A stretch of 64,000 nucleotides of DNA from an uncultured delta proteobacterium (GTDB taxonomy: Bacteria > Myxococcota > Myxococcia > SLRQ01), in the NCBI GenBank assembly GCA_963727485.1, contig CAVSGM010000002.1:704001-768000 (forward strand). Reading direction: 5' to 3'. Made by a program: the position numbers and the translations under genes. The notes under the pieces were generated by a model. The model was not told the DNA's origin. It ran no database searches and saw only the letters and a list, made by a program, of their open reading frames with translations. How positions within the stretch are numbered: position 1 is the first letter of the stretch; each line of letters begins with the position of its first letter. Positions 61,346-64,000 of this stretch are shown one piece after another.

Positions 61346-62741
61346 CTAGTTGCAGGGCTGGTCGGCGGTGCAGGCCTGCTCCACGAAGGACACCTTGTAG
61401 GAGTCCCCGGGCTCGAGCTTGCAGCTCGACTTGGGCTGGTTGCACAGCTGGATCGCCGGGGGCGGGCCCGGGTCGTAGGCCCAGTCGACCCCGTCGGCGC
61501 AGGTCTGGCCGGCCTTGGGCGCCTTGCACACCACCTGGGTCCCGTCGGCCCGGGTGATCTCCCAGGAGCACCAGGGACGGGTCGTTGTTGTGGGGCGTGG
61601 CGTCGAGGACGATCCGGTCGGGGATGGCCAGGGTGACGATCTTCTCCAGGGTCTTGGAGTAGTCGTCCTGGCAGATGGAGTCGGCGAGGGAGCCGGGGAC
61701 GCCGGAGGCCGCCGCGAGGTAGCGGCTCCCGCCGGTGGTGCCGCCGCAGTAGCAGGGGTAGGTGTGGGCGTTCGAAGGGACGCAGCGCGTCGATGCAGCC
61801 GCTGGTTCGACGGGGTCGCAGTAGCAGGGGAACTTGGTGGGATCGCCGGTGCCGCACGCGGCGTCGCAGGCAGGATCGTCGCACCTGGCGGAGACGACCG
61901 TTCCGTCGGCCTGCCGGTTGGCGCTGACGATCACCGCGAGCTTCACCGAGGGGTCCACGCCCTGGAAGAAGTCGGTGTAGCCGCTCACGGGCCCGAGCTT
62001 GCCGCCGTTGGGCTTGGCCGCCTCGGCGACGCACTCGTCGTCGGGGGTGGCGCCCACGTAGACGTCGTTGTTGGGGTCGGAGCAGTCCTGCTCGTCACTG
62101 ATGATGGCGATGACCAGCGTGCTGTCCTTCTGGACGAAGTCCGGCTGCTTCTGGAGGGCGAGCTTGGCGGCGAGGAGACCCTGCTCCTGGCCCGAGCCGC
62201 AGTCGCCGAACTGGACGTTCTGCTCGAACTGGGTGGCGATGTCGGCGTCGGACATGGTCGCCGAGTCGAGGACCTTCTGGTTGCCGGGGACAGCCATGAA
62301 GTCGCCGGCCGGGTAGGGCTGCCCACTGAGGTTGTACATCGAGTGGCAGTCGTAGCCGGTGAGGTCGGGGTAGCTGGTCGTGTGGTGGACCGAGCCGTCC
62401 TGGTACACCGCGTTCTGCGTCACCGACGTATTGGTCGTCGCCAGCCGGTAGTGGATGGGCTTCTGCCCGTTGGCCACCCGCTTCTGGTTCTCCGCCACGA
62501 TGGCGTTGATGAACGCCCCGAAGTTGTTCGCCAGGTTCTGCTGCTCGCCGGCCATGGACCCCGAGTCGTCGACCACGAAGAGGAACTCGGCGTTGGTCAC
62601 GTCCTTGATCTGGTAGGTCCGGTTGGACACCACGATGATCGCCGGGGACACCGGCTCGAAGACGTAGGACTGGCAGCCGCCGGTGACGACGACGAGGAGG
62701 CCTGCCAGCAGGAGCCGGGAAATGCGAGGGGGGCGGCGCAT
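61346..62741 (-). CDS. Cys-rich vWA-domain lipoprotein, CglB-like (frameshift at ~61561)
   Basis: Lipobox-like TGGC then QSYVFEPV, MIDAS FVVDDSGSM, IISDEQDCS, many Cys. Confidence 0.7.
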
Positions 62742-62768
62742 GGTTCTCTCCGGAGAGTAGACGGCGGG

Positions 62769-62777
62769 ACTATATCA
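62769..62777 (-). promoter_or_regulatory. Extended -10 promoter of the vWA lipoprotein gene
   Basis: TG-A-TATAGT on the minus strand, followed by RBS GGAGAG. Confidence 0.45.
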
Positions 62778-62957
62778 CCGGGAGAGCCAGAGGGTGCACC
62801 CGGGCCTCGCCCGGGATCACCCGCCTTGCGAGCCGGGCCCTCCGTTGCTAGGAACCCAAGCGAGAGGGGTGTGATCCAAGGGGGTTGCACCCGACCTCGG
62901 GGGGGTAGCCAAACCCCGGCCCGTGGTTAGTTTAAATGGCCGAGGAGACCTGACATC

Positions 62958-64000
62958 ATGGCTGACGAAAAGAAGGACATCCAGACGGCCGACCCGACGC
63001 ACGAGCCGGTGTCCGCGGCGGACGTGCCCAAGGAGCTGCCCATCCTGCCCCTGCGGAACTCCGTGTTCTTCCCGGGCGGGGTCCTGCCGCTCGCCGTGGG
63101 CCGGAAGAAGACCATCGCCCTCATCAAGGAGGCGGTGCGGGACGACAGCCTCATCGGCGTCCTCTCCCAGCGCCGGGCCGAGGACGAGGACCCGAGCGAG
63201 GCCGATCTCTACACCATGGGCACCGTCGCCCGGATCGTGAAGCTCCTGAAGATGGGCGAGGACAACTACTCGCTGGTCGTCCAGGGGCTCACCCGCTTCC
63301 GGCTCAACGAGCTGGTCCAGAGCGAGCCGTTCCTCAAGGCCAAGGTCGAGCCCATCGAGCCCAAGGGCGAGGGGCCCGACGTCGAGGTCCAGGCGCTCGC
63401 CATCAACCTCAAGAAGCTCGCCGCCGAGGTCATCGAGCTGATGCCCGAGCTCCCGGCCGCGGCCACCGAGCTCATCGAGTCGATCACCGAGCCCGGGCAC
63501 CTGGCGGACCTCATCGCCGCCAACATCGACGTGCCCATCGAGGAGAAGCAGGCGGTCCTCGAGACCCTGGGGGTCAAGGCGCGGCTCAAGCTCGTGATGG
63601 AGCTGCTGAACCGCAAGCGCGAGATCCTCAAGCTCTCGAACAAGATCGAGACGCAGGTCAAGGGCGAGATGTCCAAGACCCAGCGCGAGTACTACCTGCG
63701 CCAGCAGCTCAAGGCCATCAAGGAGGAGCTCGGCGAGCTCGGCGAGGACGAGGAGGAGGTCGACGAGCTGGCGGAGCGTCTCCACAAGGTGGGGCTCCCG
63801 GCCGAGGCCGAGAAGGTGGCGATGAAGGAGCTCAACCGGCTCAAGAACATCCCCACCGCCTCCAGCGAGTACACCGTCGCCCGCACCTACCTCGAGTGGA
63901 TTGCGGACCTCCCCTGGAAGACCTCCACCCCCGACGACCTGGACATCAGCCACGCCCGGGGCGTCTTCGAGGACCGGCACTACGGCCTCGACAAGGTCAA
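62958..64000 (+). CDS. lon: ATP-dependent Lon protease, LonD/BsgA-like (truncated by window edge)
   Basis: RBS GAGGAG; LPILPLRNSVFFPGGVLPLAVGR, QREYYLRQQLKAIKEELG, SSEYTVARTYLEWI..LPW, HYGLDKV. Confidence 0.96.
   Translation, partial: MADEKKDIQTADPTHEPVSAADVPKELPILPLRNSVFFPGGVLPLAVGRKKTIALIKEAVRDDSLIGVLSQRRAEDEDPSEADLYTMGTVARIVKLLKMGEDNYSLVVQGLTRFRLNELVQSEPFLKAKVEPIEPKGEGPDVEVQALAINLKKLAAEVIELMPELPAAATELIESITEPGHLADLIAANIDVPIEEKQAVLETLGVKARLKLVMELLNRKREILKLSNKIETQVKGEMSKTQREYYLRQQLKAIKEELGELGEDEEEVDELAERLHKVGLPAEAEKVAMKELNRLKNIPTASSEYTVARTYLEWIADLPWKTSTPDDLDISHARGVFEDRHYGLDKV

Noticed and set aside
57951..62741. 1596-aa ORF apparently fusing vWA, TPR, acyl-CoA ligase and RHH domains
   Set aside because: It is produced by frameshifts. 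Single-base corrections give four separate genes, each with its own start and stop.

Overview
Very GC-rich chromosomal segment that looks like Myxococcota (LonD/BsgA-like Lon, a CglB-like vWA lipoprotein and a Tad-like Kil cluster are recognisable by sequence). The coding density is high. Gene order: dnaJ (partial) / cbpM-adenylate cyclase; HEAT and HAD genes; cardiolipin synthase; Crp; pepP-thiS-thiG-thiE running into a MoxR/DUF58/DUF4350/DUF4129 cluster; a 9-bp VNTR and a RAYT-type HUH transposase flanked by four copies of a 14-bp REP-like motif; an aspS-led, translationally coupled operon (GlpA-, GlpB-like, 4Fe-4S, alkyl-DHAP-synthase-like, second FAD protein, GlpC-like Fe-S, lipid kinase) that looks like an ether-lipid pathway; two tandem paralogous Cys-rich modular lipoproteins; a PlsB-like acyltransferase; pepN; queA-[5'-nucleotidase]-tgt-yajC-secD-secF-recJ; a GAF histidine kinase with a cNMP protein; polA; a Kil/Tad-like cluster preceded by a vWA lipoprotein, a secreted TPR protein and an acyl-CoA ligase; and lon (partial). 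About ten single-base frameshifts, two of them in polA, indicate uncorrected long-read errors, so apparent pseudogenes and fusions need caution. I saw no tRNA, rRNA or CRISPR array. All calls come from motif recognition by eye; no searches were run.
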